Below, one piece after another: positions 1 to 8,967 of a DNA stretch of 47,532 nucleotides. Location: the sequence record SRR20825006_287; one strand, given 5' to 3'. The stretch's first letter is position 1. Each line of letters begins with the position of its first letter. The notes beneath the pieces were generated by a model. That model did not search any database and was not told the DNA's origin. It saw only the letters and a list, made by a program, of their open reading frames with translations. A program made the translations under genes and the position numbers.

Positions 1-72
1 TGCTCGGCCCCCTCCCTCGCGTACGCCTGAGCGGCGTCGCTTGACCTCCCCCAAAACTTTGTTTCGGGAGAG
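1..72. repeat. REP-like intergenic imperfect palindrome (copy 1; possibly truncated by window edge)
   Basis: CTCCCCCAAAACTTTGTTTCGGGAGAG forms an imperfect hairpin. A near-identical reverse-complement copy lies at 47509-47532. It sits downstream of the 3' end of the FAH gene. Confidence 0.65.
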
Positions 73-165
73 ACGCTCAAAGGCTGAAACCCGCTAAAAC
101 GCGGCCTCGATGTACTTCGGTTCCACTCAAACAGAGGGCAGGTCACACTCCCGCATTCTTCGAGG

Positions 166-1062
166 TCAGGCTTCGGCCTGGCAGGTGTTTTCCAATCGAC
201 CGATGCCGTCGATTTCGACCACACAGCGATCACCAGGTGCCAAATAGCGTGGAGGTGTACGTGCGTCACCCACTCCTGAAGGAGTTCCCGTAAAGATCAG
301 GTCGCCTGGCTTCAGGGTCATGAATTTCGATAGGTGGGCGATCAACGCGGGAATATCGAAGATCAATTGGTCCGTTTTGCTCTCTTGCAGTGTTTCGCCA
401 TTGATGTGCAATCGAATCGGGAGATTGCCTGGATCAGAAATCTCGTCCGCGGTGACGACGGCGGGACCAAGCGGAGCAAACGTGTCAAACGATTTGCCAA
501 CCAACCATTGCCCACCGGGACGCCCTTTTTGCCAATCTCGCGATGACACATCGTGTCCAACCGCATATCCAAAGACCGCATCCATCGCTTCGCTGGCATC
601 GACGTGGCGGACGGTTTTGCCGATGACCACGACCAATTCCGCTTCGTAGTCGACCTTGTCGCTGATCTTTGGCAGCACAATGTCTTGTCCGTGCCCCACC
701 AGTGCCGAATTGAATTTGCTGAACACGACCGGCAGCGATGGTTTCTCGGCACCCGTTTCAATCGCGTGATCGAGATAGTTCAAACCGATGCAAAGAATCT
801 TTTCTGGGCAAGTGACCGGCGGCAGCAATTGATCGGGAGCATCGATCCACTGTGCTTCGGTGGGCGTTGGCAATTGATCGAAGTCTGTTTTGCCAAGTGA
901 AAAGAGAGTGTTGCCTTGCAACCATTTTTGTTCGACCTCCGCACCCATCAAATCGCCAACAGGACAAACTTTGGGACGCGGAGCCAGTTGTGTTTCAGGT
1001 TCTTTTCGAATCGCCAAACGTGTGGCACCGGAAGAATCAACGTAACGGCAAAAAGCAACCAT
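166..1062 (-). CDS. Fumarylacetoacetate hydrolase (FAH) family protein
   Basis: Motifs [58 protein letters not shown]. Start set at ATG 1062 (MVAFCRY); the ORF-track extension to 1194 looks non-coding. Confidence 0.93.
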   Translation of the reverse strand: MVAFCRYVDSSGATRLAIRKEPETQLAPRPKVCPVGDLMGAEVEQKWLQGNTLFSLGKTDFDQLPTPTEAQWIDAPDQLLPPVTCPEKILCIGLNYLDHAIETGAEKPSLPVVFSKFNSALVGHGQDIVLPKISDKVDYEAELVVVIGKTVRHVDASEAMDAVFGYAVGHDVSSRDWQKGRPGGQWLVGKSFDTFAPLGPAVVTADEISDPGNLPIRLHINGETLQESKTDQLIFDIPALIAHLSKFMTLKPGDLIFTGTPSGVGDARTPPRYLAPGDRCVVEIDGIGRLENTCQAEA

Positions 1063-1322
1063 GAGGGCAACCAATCGAAGTGGCAAAGAGGCGGGGGAAG
1101 GTGAACTGTTGCAGTCAGAACTGACGGCGAGGTGAACCGTTGATTTGCTAGCAAATCTTTTCTTTTGCAAGCAATACCATAACGATCCACTCAATTGTTG
1201 GGGGAAGGCAGCAGAGGCCCAAACGAATCTTTACACTGCGACCACGCGTCGGCATACTCCGATCCCCGCGACTGCATTGGAGCTCCCGCGGGCGAGTTCG
1301 ATCCTCTCTCTTCCCACCGTCT

Positions 1323-2141
1323 ATGAACACCTTGGCGATCAACCAATTGTCGACTCTTCGATGGGAATTCGAGCAAGACGCTCAAGCGTATTCCAACCGA
1401 GGTTTCGAAGGCATTGGCTTGTTTCGACCGAAGCTTGATGACTTGGGAATCGATCGAGCGGTGGAGTTGTTGGCCGAAACAAACTTGCGAGTCACTTCGC
1501 TCAGTTGGGTCGGTGGATTCACCGGCAGTGATGGTCGAGGATTTGATGATGCTGTTCGCGACGCGATGAGCGCGGTTCGCGACGCCGCGGAATTGCGAGC
1601 CGAAACATTGATCGTGTTGGCTGGTGGTCGCAACAACCACATTCGCAAGCATGCTCGACGGACACTTTGCGACGCGTTGTCTCACCTGGCGATCATCGCC
1701 GAAGAATTTGGCGTGAAGCTTTCTTTGGAACCAATTCACGCCGGATGCGGCATGGAATGGTCGTTCGTCAATGATTTGGAATCGACCCTCGAGATACTCG
1801 ATATGGTCGACAGTCCCAACCTAGGGATCGTGCTGGATACCTATCACGTCGGCATGGATGACCGGGTGCTCGATATGCTGCCGCACGTCGTTCCATTTAT
1901 GCATTTAATGCAGTTGGGCGACGGTCGACACAGTCCACTCGGAGAGATGAACCGCTGCCTTTTGGGAGAAGGCTGCGTTCCAATTCAATCGCTCGTCCAC
2001 CGAGTTTTGGAATTGGGGTTTGCAGGTCCAATCGAAGTGGAATTGATCGGCGAAGACGTTGAACCGCTTAGCTACGAGTCGGTTCTCGATCACACGCGAT
2101 CGTACCTGGACCAAAACATCGGGCCCGTCAAATCGACCTAG
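1323..2141 (+). CDS. Sugar phosphate isomerase/epimerase family (xylose-isomerase-like TIM barrel)
   Basis: GVKLSLEPIH, LGIVLDTYH, R..LGEG, GPIEVEL metal-binding pattern of the AP_endonuc_2 family. Confidence 0.88.
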   Translation: MNTLAINQLSTLRWEFEQDAQAYSNRGFEGIGLFRPKLDDLGIDRAVELLAETNLRVTSLSWVGGFTGSDGRGFDDAVRDAMSAVRDAAELRAETLIVLAGGRNNHIRKHARRTLCDALSHLAIIAEEFGVKLSLEPIHAGCGMEWSFVNDLESTLEILDMVDSPNLGIVLDTYHVGMDDRVLDMLPHVVPFMHLMQLGDGRHSPLGEMNRCLLGEGCVPIQSLVHRVLELGFAGPIEVELIGEDVEPLSYESVLDHTRSYLDQNIGPVKST

Positions 2142-2203
2142 GTCCGGTAGCCACCAGACCAATCGATTGAAAGCTAGAATCGAATCAGCTTCGCTGTTTG
2201 AGA

Positions 2204-3097
2204 TTAAACCAAACGGCAGTGCTGCAAAATCGCGTCCGCATCGGCTTTGTAGCCCACATAAAACGGGCCAAACTCAGCGTACTTCGCGCTCGCTTGATCG
2301 AATCGCATCTTGTAAACGATGTCTTTGAGGTACTGAGGATTGCGACCCCACAAGGTCACCATCCATTCCCAATCGTCCAGTCCCACGCCGACGGAGATCA
2401 ATTGGCTGACCTTGCCCGCGAAAGCCATTCCGCTCTGGGCGTGTTCGGCCATCATTTGATTGCGAGCACTGAACGGTTCCATGAACCAATTGGCACCTGG
2501 GACCCGGCTCTTGTTCATTGGATAGAAACACGCCGAAGGCCAATCGGGAATCTCGGGTTGCAACCGATTGCGATTCATCATCGGCAAACGTCGCTCATAG
2601 GCACCCACTTTCGCCGCCAACTCAGGTGAGTCCGGTGCATTGCCTTCTTTGATCAATCGTTGGCGATATTCCTCAATCGACGGAACGTATTCGCTCACTT
2701 CGCTGACCGAGACAAACGACCAAGCGGGTTCGACCAGCCGGCCCAATCCCGGTGCCATGATCGCTTGATGAATGCCATCCACTTTGGCTGGATCAGGATC
2801 CATGACCATGATGCCAAAGTCGCACTCATGACCGCTGATCCAGTACGACGCCAAACGTTCCGGGACCGCATCACCGGTTGGATTGAGCGCTGCCAGAAAT
2901 TGTTCGCGATGATTTGGTGCAATCGATCCATCAAACATCTCACGACGGAATCGATAGAAGTAGTGACCGCAATGCCAACCTTCTTCTGGAATGACACTTG
3001 GTTCGGGCAAAGGAGCATGCCCGGGCCGGCCGACTCCTGGAGGGGGACCGCCAGCAGAGGGTGCGGAAGGACGTGACTGCGATGGATCAGATGTCAT
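2204..3097 (-). CDS. hemQ: Coproheme decarboxylase (HemQ/ChdC, chlorite dismutase-like family)
   Basis: EGWHCGH, FYPMNK (catalytic Tyr motif), MAEHA (proximal His), GLDDWEWMVTL, YKMRFDQASAKYAEFGPFYVG match Firmicutes-type ChdC. Start at ATG 3097 (MTSDPSQ). Confidence 0.85.
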   Translation of the reverse strand: MTSDPSQSRPSAPSAGGPPPGVGRPGHAPLPEPSVIPEEGWHCGHYFYRFRREMFDGSIAPNHREQFLAALNPTGDAVPERLASYWISGHECDFGIMVMDPDPAKVDGIHQAIMAPGLGRLVEPAWSFVSVSEVSEYVPSIEEYRQRLIKEGNAPDSPELAAKVGAYERRLPMMNRNRLQPEIPDWPSACFYPMNKSRVPGANWFMEPFSARNQMMAEHAQSGMAFAGKVSQLISVGVGLDDWEWMVTLWGRNPQYLKDIVYKMRFDQASAKYAEFGPFYVGYKADADAILQHCRLV

Positions 3098-3216
3098 GGA
3101 GGTCGATCGAGTGGGTGTTTGTTTGGAGGACGTCGGACGAAGTGGCAGGTTCAGAATCGGAACCTGCCTACCTCGAACCACCCAGTGTAGATCTCGATCG
3201 TCGATTTTGCAGCGCG

Positions 3217-3978
3217 TTATCGCAGCGACCACTGCAAAGATCGGTCTTGGTAACCATGTTGCCGTGACCAATGACGCTTTCCTTCGGCACCGAAATAGCC
3301 ATACGAATAGGGCGTTTTCCAACGAGGTTGGACCGTGGCGGCGGGAATTGTCGGGCGTGTCTGAGGATTTTTGACCCAGTGTTCACCGACACCCAATCGA
3401 CCCGGGCCCTTTGCACCGGGATCATTTTCGACTCTGGGCGGATGGGTCAAAGGGGCCACTGTCGCTTTGGCTTTTTGATGAGCGTGCTGCAAGTGAGGGT
3501 GCACGGATCCAGCGGATTGCTGGTACCCGTGTTGTGGGTGGCCAGAATACTGATTCGGGGCGTAGCCATTTGCTGGCATGGAACTGTGGTTTCGAGCGTT
3601 CTTCGGTGCCGAAGGAGCCTGGATGATCACGTGAGGAACCTGGGCCGGCGAATGGAAACCAGACGCTCCATCCCAATAGTCCGCCAGACCAACTTCTTGG
3701 TGAGGAGCTCCATCGACGTAAGTCTCGGAAGACACGATGGTTTCGCCGCTCTGAAGGGGCAACTGAACTGGCGGTGGCAACTGTGCCCGAGCGGAAGTCG
3801 TCATCAACGCGATCATTCCCGCCAAGAGCAGGCCTTTTAGCTTTGCGGACCACGCCGGGGCATGTTCCGCATGCGGCGGTTGGTTTGGAGCATCAAAATT
3901 CCCGTCAAACAGTCGGCGATTCGGGTGGTTCAGCATGGGACGGCAATGGTTGGAGAAACCGACGGGCGGAACAGACAT
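3217..3978 (-). CDS. Hypothetical secreted protein, low-complexity Q/H/P-rich with aromatic C-terminal motif
   Basis: 253-aa ORF filling the gap between hemQ and the ABC gene. Signal-peptide-like KLKGLLLAGMIALMTTSARA and C-terminal RWKTPYSYGYFG..RHWSRQHGY. True start may be downstream of 3978. Confidence 0.6.
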   Translation of the reverse strand: MSVPPVGFSNHCRPMLNHPNRRLFDGNFDAPNQPPHAEHAPAWSAKLKGLLLAGMIALMTTSARAQLPPPVQLPLQSGETIVSSETYVDGAPHQEVGLADYWDGASGFHSPAQVPHVIIQAPSAPKNARNHSSMPANGYAPNQYSGHPQHGYQQSAGSVHPHLQHAHQKAKATVAPLTHPPRVENDPGAKGPGRLGVGEHWVKNPQTRPTIPAATVQPRWKTPYSYGYFGAEGKRHWSRQHGYQDRSLQWSLR

Positions 3979-4272
3979 GTCCGCTTCGTGATGAACGAGA
4001 AATAAGTGTCAGGTCCCTCTGGCGAAAACGACCCACCAGTCGTTCCTGACCGTTTCTGTTCATTGCGTCGAATCAGCTACTGAGTCGAATTTGCTGGCTC
4101 GAGCGAGAAACCTTCGACGGTATCCGCTACCAAACTCAAACCGCCAATCACAAGAGGCGAATCACCCTGGCGGGAAAATCCAGCGGCTTGGTACAAGCGA
4201 TCTTTGGTAGCCGTCTGTTGTTCGCTGCCGTGAGTCCAGAAAACCCATTTTCCGCTCGCTTGATTTACTTCC

Positions 4273-6315
4273 ATGAAGAGTTTTCGCCGAGTTCTGCGAT
4301 TATCGCTGCGACGTCGTATGTCCTTGTTGGGCATCTTGCTGTCGTCTTTGGTGATTGCTGCTTTGTGGGGCGCGAACATCGGCACGCTTTACCCGATGGT
4401 GGAGGTTGTTTTCAAAGGAGACGATCTGCCGTCTTACGTCGATGAACGACTGGCCGAGGCACGCGTCACGGTCGAAGAACAACGCGATGAACTCATTCAG
4501 CTGAATGATGAGTTGGACGAGCTTCAACAACGAGCGAAGACAGCAACCGACGCCGACACCAAGGCTTCGTTGCAACAAAAAATCAATACAACGACATTTG
4601 AAATTTCCTCTGCTGAGTTGGCGCAAACGGCGACCAAAAAATCGGCGGAATGGTTGTCTTGGGCCCAGCCTTGGATTGACCAATCGGCTCCGCGAGGTGC
4701 GTTTCCGACGTTGGTGTTTATCGTCGTGATGTTGGTTGGTGGGACTGCGATCAAGCTGGTCGCCCTGACCATCAACCTGATGCTCGTTCAATACGTCGCC
4801 GAAGGCACGGTGATGGAACTGCGAGAAAAGTACTTTCGCAAATCACTGCACTTGGACCTCGATCACTTTGGGCAGAACGGATCGGCCAACCTGACCAGTC
4901 GGCTCACCAATGATGTCGCTCACATCGCCGTCGGCGTCAGCACGTTGCTCGGGCGACTGATTCGCGAACCGCTGAAAATGGCGGTGTGTTTGTTTGGAGC
5001 CGCGACGGTTTGCTGGCGTTTGTTGTTGTTGGTGATGATCGTTTCGCCCTTGATGGCGTTTGTGATGCAACACCTCAGCCGTGCGATTCGTCGAGCCAGC
5101 CGCCGAGCGATGGAAGAGATGAGCAGCCTCTATGGAATGCTCAACGACGCATTCGGCGGAATTCACGTTGTCAAATCATTCAACACACAAGCCTACGAAC
5201 GTGCCCGTTTTCGCGCTCGCGTGCAGGCCTATTTCCGCCGCTCGATGAAGGTGGCTCTGTACAACACACTCGCTCGCAGCAGCAGCGAATTGCTGGGTTT
5301 GACCATGGTCGGACTGGCAATTTTGGCGGGTGGTTATTTGGTGATCAACCAACAAACTCACTTGTTGGGCATCCGCATGAGCGCACGTCCGCTGGATGTT
5401 GGACAAGTCCTGTTGTTCTTTGGTTTGCTGATTGGTGCCTCTGATCCAGCTCGCAAGTTGTCCGATGTTTGGACGTCGCTTCAGCGTGGTATCGCCGCAT
5501 CGAATCGCGTTTACGAGATTATCGACGAACCGATTCGAGTGACCGAGCCAACCAACCCGGTTCACCTAGATCGTCCTCACCGATCGATCGAGTTCAAGGG
5601 TGTCCACTTCCAGTATCCTTCCGGACCGATGGTGCTGCGAGGCATTGATCTGACGATCCAACATGGCGAAACGATCGCATTGATCGGTCCCAACGGTTGC
5701 GGTAAAAGCACGCTGATCAATTTGCTCTGTCGTTTTGACGATCCGCACCAAGGTGAAGTCTGCTTTGATGACGTGGCAATCAATCGATTGGCAACGCGTG
5801 ATCTGCGGCGACGCATTGCATTGGTCAACCAACGCACAGTGCTGTTTGATGACACGATCGAAAACAACATTCGCTACGGCAGCCCCAGCGCTGACGCTCA
5901 CGATGTGGTCCGGGCCGCCAAGCTCGCTTTTGCTGACGACTTCATTCGGCGGAAGACACCGGATGGATATCAAACGATGCTCGGATCCGGTGGCGTTCGA
6001 TTGTCGGGCGGCCAAATGCAACGGATCGCACTCGCACGTGCCTTCCTGCGGGAGCCTGACATCTTGATTTTGGATGAGGCGACTAGCCAAATCGACATCG
6101 AAAGCGAACAGCTGATCCACCGCGCCCTGGAAACGTTCTTGGAAAATCGCACGGGAATCATGATCACTCACCGAGCCAGCACGCTCGCGATGGCCGATCG
6201 AGTCGCGGTATTGGATTTGGGGCAAGTCGCCGATGTGGGAACGCATCACCAGTTGCTTGCTAGCAATTCTTTCTATCGCAGCCTCTGCCACAGCGATCTG
6301 ACCGACGCGGCCTGA
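4273..6315 (+). CDS. ABC exporter, fused permease/ATP-binding (MsbA-like type IV)
   Basis: TM helices, Walker A GPNGCGKS, signature LSGGQ, Walker B ILILDEATS, H-loop ITHR. Confidence 0.93.
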   Translation: MKSFRRVLRLSLRRRMSLLGILLSSLVIAALWGANIGTLYPMVEVVFKGDDLPSYVDERLAEARVTVEEQRDELIQLNDELDELQQRAKTATDADTKASLQQKINTTTFEISSAELAQTATKKSAEWLSWAQPWIDQSAPRGAFPTLVFIVVMLVGGTAIKLVALTINLMLVQYVAEGTVMELREKYFRKSLHLDLDHFGQNGSANLTSRLTNDVAHIAVGVSTLLGRLIREPLKMAVCLFGAATVCWRLLLLVMIVSPLMAFVMQHLSRAIRRASRRAMEEMSSLYGMLNDAFGGIHVVKSFNTQAYERARFRARVQAYFRRSMKVALYNTLARSSSELLGLTMVGLAILAGGYLVINQQTHLLGIRMSARPLDVGQVLLFFGLLIGASDPARKLSDVWTSLQRGIAASNRVYEIIDEPIRVTEPTNPVHLDRPHRSIEFKGVHFQYPSGPMVLRGIDLTIQHGETIALIGPNGCGKSTLINLLCRFDDPHQGEVCFDDVAINRLATRDLRRRIALVNQRTVLFDDTIENNIRYGSPSADAHDVVRAAKLAFADDFIRRKTPDGYQTMLGSGGVRLSGGQMQRIALARAFLREPDILILDEATSQIDIESEQLIHRALETFLENRTGIMITHRASTLAMADRVAVLDLGQVADVGTHHQLLASNSFYRSLCHSDLTDAA

Positions 6316-6405
6316 TCAAGCCCGACGACCGGTTGCATGCGACCGTCGCAACGGCTGAACTAGAGACTCAGGATTCTGTCCCCTCGTGTTTCTGGTTTAT
6401 CCATC

Positions 6406-8472
6406 ATGTTTGCACACGTGCGCCGTTGGTTCTTGTCGGGAAGTTGCATGGTTTTCGCGTTGGCTGGTCTGTCCAGCGATTCACATGCTGATGAAGGCAT
6501 GTATTTGTTCAACGATGTCCCTCGCGAATTGCTGCGAGATCGGCATCAGTTCGAACCGTCCGAAGAATGGCTGAAGCATTTGCAGCTCTCTTCGGTTCGA
6601 TTCAACTCCGGTGGCTCCGGATCGTTTGTGTCCTCCAATGGTTTGGTGTTGACCAACCATCATGTTGCCAGCGACACGTTGGCCAAACTCAGTTCCAAAG
6701 AACGCAATCTGATCGACGATGGGTTCTTGGCGAAGAGCTTTGACGAGGAACTCAAGGCACCTGATTTGGAACTCAATCAACTGATCTCGATCGAAGATGT
6801 GACCGATCGGATCAACCAACAGATCACGAATGCGGACGACGCTGAAGAAGCCGCGAAAGAGCGACGAGCAGCGATCGCGACGATCGAGAAAGAATCGCTC
6901 GATGAAACTGGTCTGCGAAGCGACGTCGTGACGCTGTTTGGTGGAGCCAAGTATCACCTTTATCGATACAAGAAATACACCGACGTGCGATTGGTTTGGG
7001 CTCCCGAGACCGCGGCCGCGTTCTTTGGCGGCGACGCGGACAACTTTGAATACCCTCGCTACAACCTCGACGCGACGTTGATGCGAGTTTATGAGGATGG
7101 CGAACCTGCCAAGCTAGAACACTTCCTAAAATGGAATGATCAACCCGCTAAGGATGGGGACTTGGTCTTTGTTAGCGGTCACCCTGGTCGCACACAGCGA
7201 ATCTTTACCGTCGAAGCCCTGGAATACCTCCGCGACAAACGACTGCCACATGTATTGGATTTGCTTCGTCGCAAAGAGGTTCTGCTTCAGCAATATCGTT
7301 TGGAAGGCAAAGAAGCGGCACGCCGTGGACGCGACGAGTTGTTTGGAATTCAAAACGCTCGCAAGGCTTACTCGGGCATGTTGGCGGGACTTCAAGATCC
7401 ACAAACGTTTGTGTCCAAACGAGGTCGCCAGGATCGTTTACTGACGGCACTTTCGAAGTCGCCCGAGCACTCGGGACTGGCGGACTCATGGAAAGAAATC
7501 GCGGAAGTGCAAACGGAGAAGGCCGAGTTGTTGGACCGCTCGGTATCTCTTCGCAGTGAGCTTTTCCAACTCGCGCTTCAAATCCTGATTCTTTCCGAAG
7601 AAGATCGCAAACCCAACGAAGAACGATTGCCCGGATACACCGATTCGGGACGTGAATCGCTGATGGCTCAGTTGCTGTCGCCCGCGCCTATCTATGACGA
7701 TCTGGAAATGGTGAAGTTAGCCGACGAGATCGCTTTGTTGCTCGAAAGCCGCGGGATGAACGACTCGATTGTCCAGGAGGTTTTGGCCGGTCGTTCACCG
7801 AAACAGGTCGCCAGCGAATTGGTGACCGGGACGAAAATCAAGGACATCGAGACACGAAAGGCGCTGATCGACGGCGGATTGGATGCGGTCTTGGCATCGA
7901 AGGATCCGATGATTCGATTGGCTCGTGTGATCGCACCGGAGTATCGCCGAATCGACAAGATCAACGAGCAACTCAGTGAGCGCGAAAAACAAGCTTATGC
8001 CGAGATCACCCAAGCAACGACGGCGATCGAAGGCACCGGAGGTTATCCCGATGCAACCTTCACTCTGCGTTTGGCATTCGGTGTGGTTTCTGGTTACGAA
8101 GAACGTGGCGAGCAGATCAAGCCAACCACGAATTTCGCAGGAGCGTTCACTCATGCGAAAGAACACGAAGGCCAAGAAGACTTTGACCTTCCTGAATCTT
8201 GGATGTCGGCCAAAGAGAAGATTGACTTGGAAACTCAGCTCAACTTCGTCTGCACTGCTGATATCATCGGCGGCAACAGCGGTTCACCGGTGGTCGATCG
8301 AGATGGTGTCCTGGTGGGTCTGATCTTTGATGGAAACATCCAAAGTCTGACCAGTGACTACCTCTACACCAACGTTCAAAGCCGAGCGGTGAGCGTGTCC
8401 GGTGTCGCAATACCCGAAGCGTTGCGTTCGATCTACCAAGCCAACGAACTAGCCGATCAACTCGGAAACTGA
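6406..8472 (+). CDS. S46 family dipeptidyl peptidase (DPP7/DAP BII-like), secreted
   Basis: Signal peptide then ADEGMY, GSGSFVSSNGLVLTNHHVA (catalytic His), FGGDADNFEYPR, YPDATFTLRL, DIIGGNSGSPV (catalytic Ser). Confidence 0.93.
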   Translation: MFAHVRRWFLSGSCMVFALAGLSSDSHADEGMYLFNDVPRELLRDRHQFEPSEEWLKHLQLSSVRFNSGGSGSFVSSNGLVLTNHHVASDTLAKLSSKERNLIDDGFLAKSFDEELKAPDLELNQLISIEDVTDRINQQITNADDAEEAAKERRAAIATIEKESLDETGLRSDVVTLFGGAKYHLYRYKKYTDVRLVWAPETAAAFFGGDADNFEYPRYNLDATLMRVYEDGEPAKLEHFLKWNDQPAKDGDLVFVSGHPGRTQRIFTVEALEYLRDKRLPHVLDLLRRKEVLLQQYRLEGKEAARRGRDELFGIQNARKAYSGMLAGLQDPQTFVSKRGRQDRLLTALSKSPEHSGLADSWKEIAEVQTEKAELLDRSVSLRSELFQLALQILILSEEDRKPNEERLPGYTDSGRESLMAQLLSPAPIYDDLEMVKLADEIALLLESRGMNDSIVQEVLAGRSPKQVASELVTGTKIKDIETRKALIDGGLDAVLASKDPMIRLARVIAPEYRRIDKINEQLSEREKQAYAEITQATTAIEGTGGYPDATFTLRLAFGVVSGYEERGEQIKPTTNFAGAFTHAKEHEGQEDFDLPESWMSAKEKIDLETQLNFVCTADIIGGNSGSPVVDRDGVLVGLIFDGNIQSLTSDYLYTNVQSRAVSVSGVAIPEALRSIYQANELADQLGN

Positions 8473-8542
8473 GTCGGTTTGACAGAGAAGCTTTCGACTG
8501 GTGGACAAAAAGTCCACCAGTCGTTTGACCATCGATTCCTAA

Positions 8543-8809
8543 TCAATCTGTTTTGGCTTCAATCAAGTCACCGGTTTGCTCCGCAACTTCGCCGGCAGCT
8601 TCGCGAATTTCATCATTCTGATCTTCGAGCTCTTCCATTTCGTCGGACGAAATTGCGCCGTCAGTCTGAGCTTCATTGAGCTCTTCTCGGCCTTCTTGCA
8701 CTTCTTCGTTGTAGTTGTCGACCGACATATCGTACTGTGCTTCATCGCATCCGATTGCGGTCAAGCAGGTTGCGAAAGCGGCGGTCAATGCGAATGATTT
8801 CCAAGGCAT
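8543..8809 (-). CDS. Small acidic lipoprotein (88 aa)
   Basis: Signal peptide with lipobox AIG-C, E/D-rich helical mature part, RBS AGAGG upstream of ATG. Confidence 0.75.
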   Translation of the reverse strand: MPWKSFALTAAFATCLTAIGCDEAQYDMSVDNYNEEVQEGREELNEAQTDGAISSDEMEELEDQNDEIREAAGEVAEQTGDLIEAKTD

Positions 8810-8899
8810 GATGAACCTCTCTGAGTGGGAGCGTGAGATTGGAACGACGCGCCCGATGAATTAAATCATCGTTGTTGACGCGTGAGGATCTTTCACGAT

Positions 8900-8916
8900 C
8901 GCACATTTCATGCCAG
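8900..8916 (-). promoter_or_regulatory. Putative sigma-54 (-24/-12) promoter for the small lipoprotein
   Basis: Minus strand reads CTGGCATGAAATGTGCG: GG-N10-GC with TGGCA at -24, about 90 nt upstream of ATG 8809. Confidence 0.45.
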
Positions 8917-8967
8917 AAACAGACACCTGAGGGCGTCTGGATGCTTCCAATATGGAAACCGAAATTC

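Noticed and set aside
4077-4385. 102-aa minus-strand ORF in the gap before the ABC transporter
   Set aside because: Overlaps the ABC start antisense and has no motifs or clear RBS.
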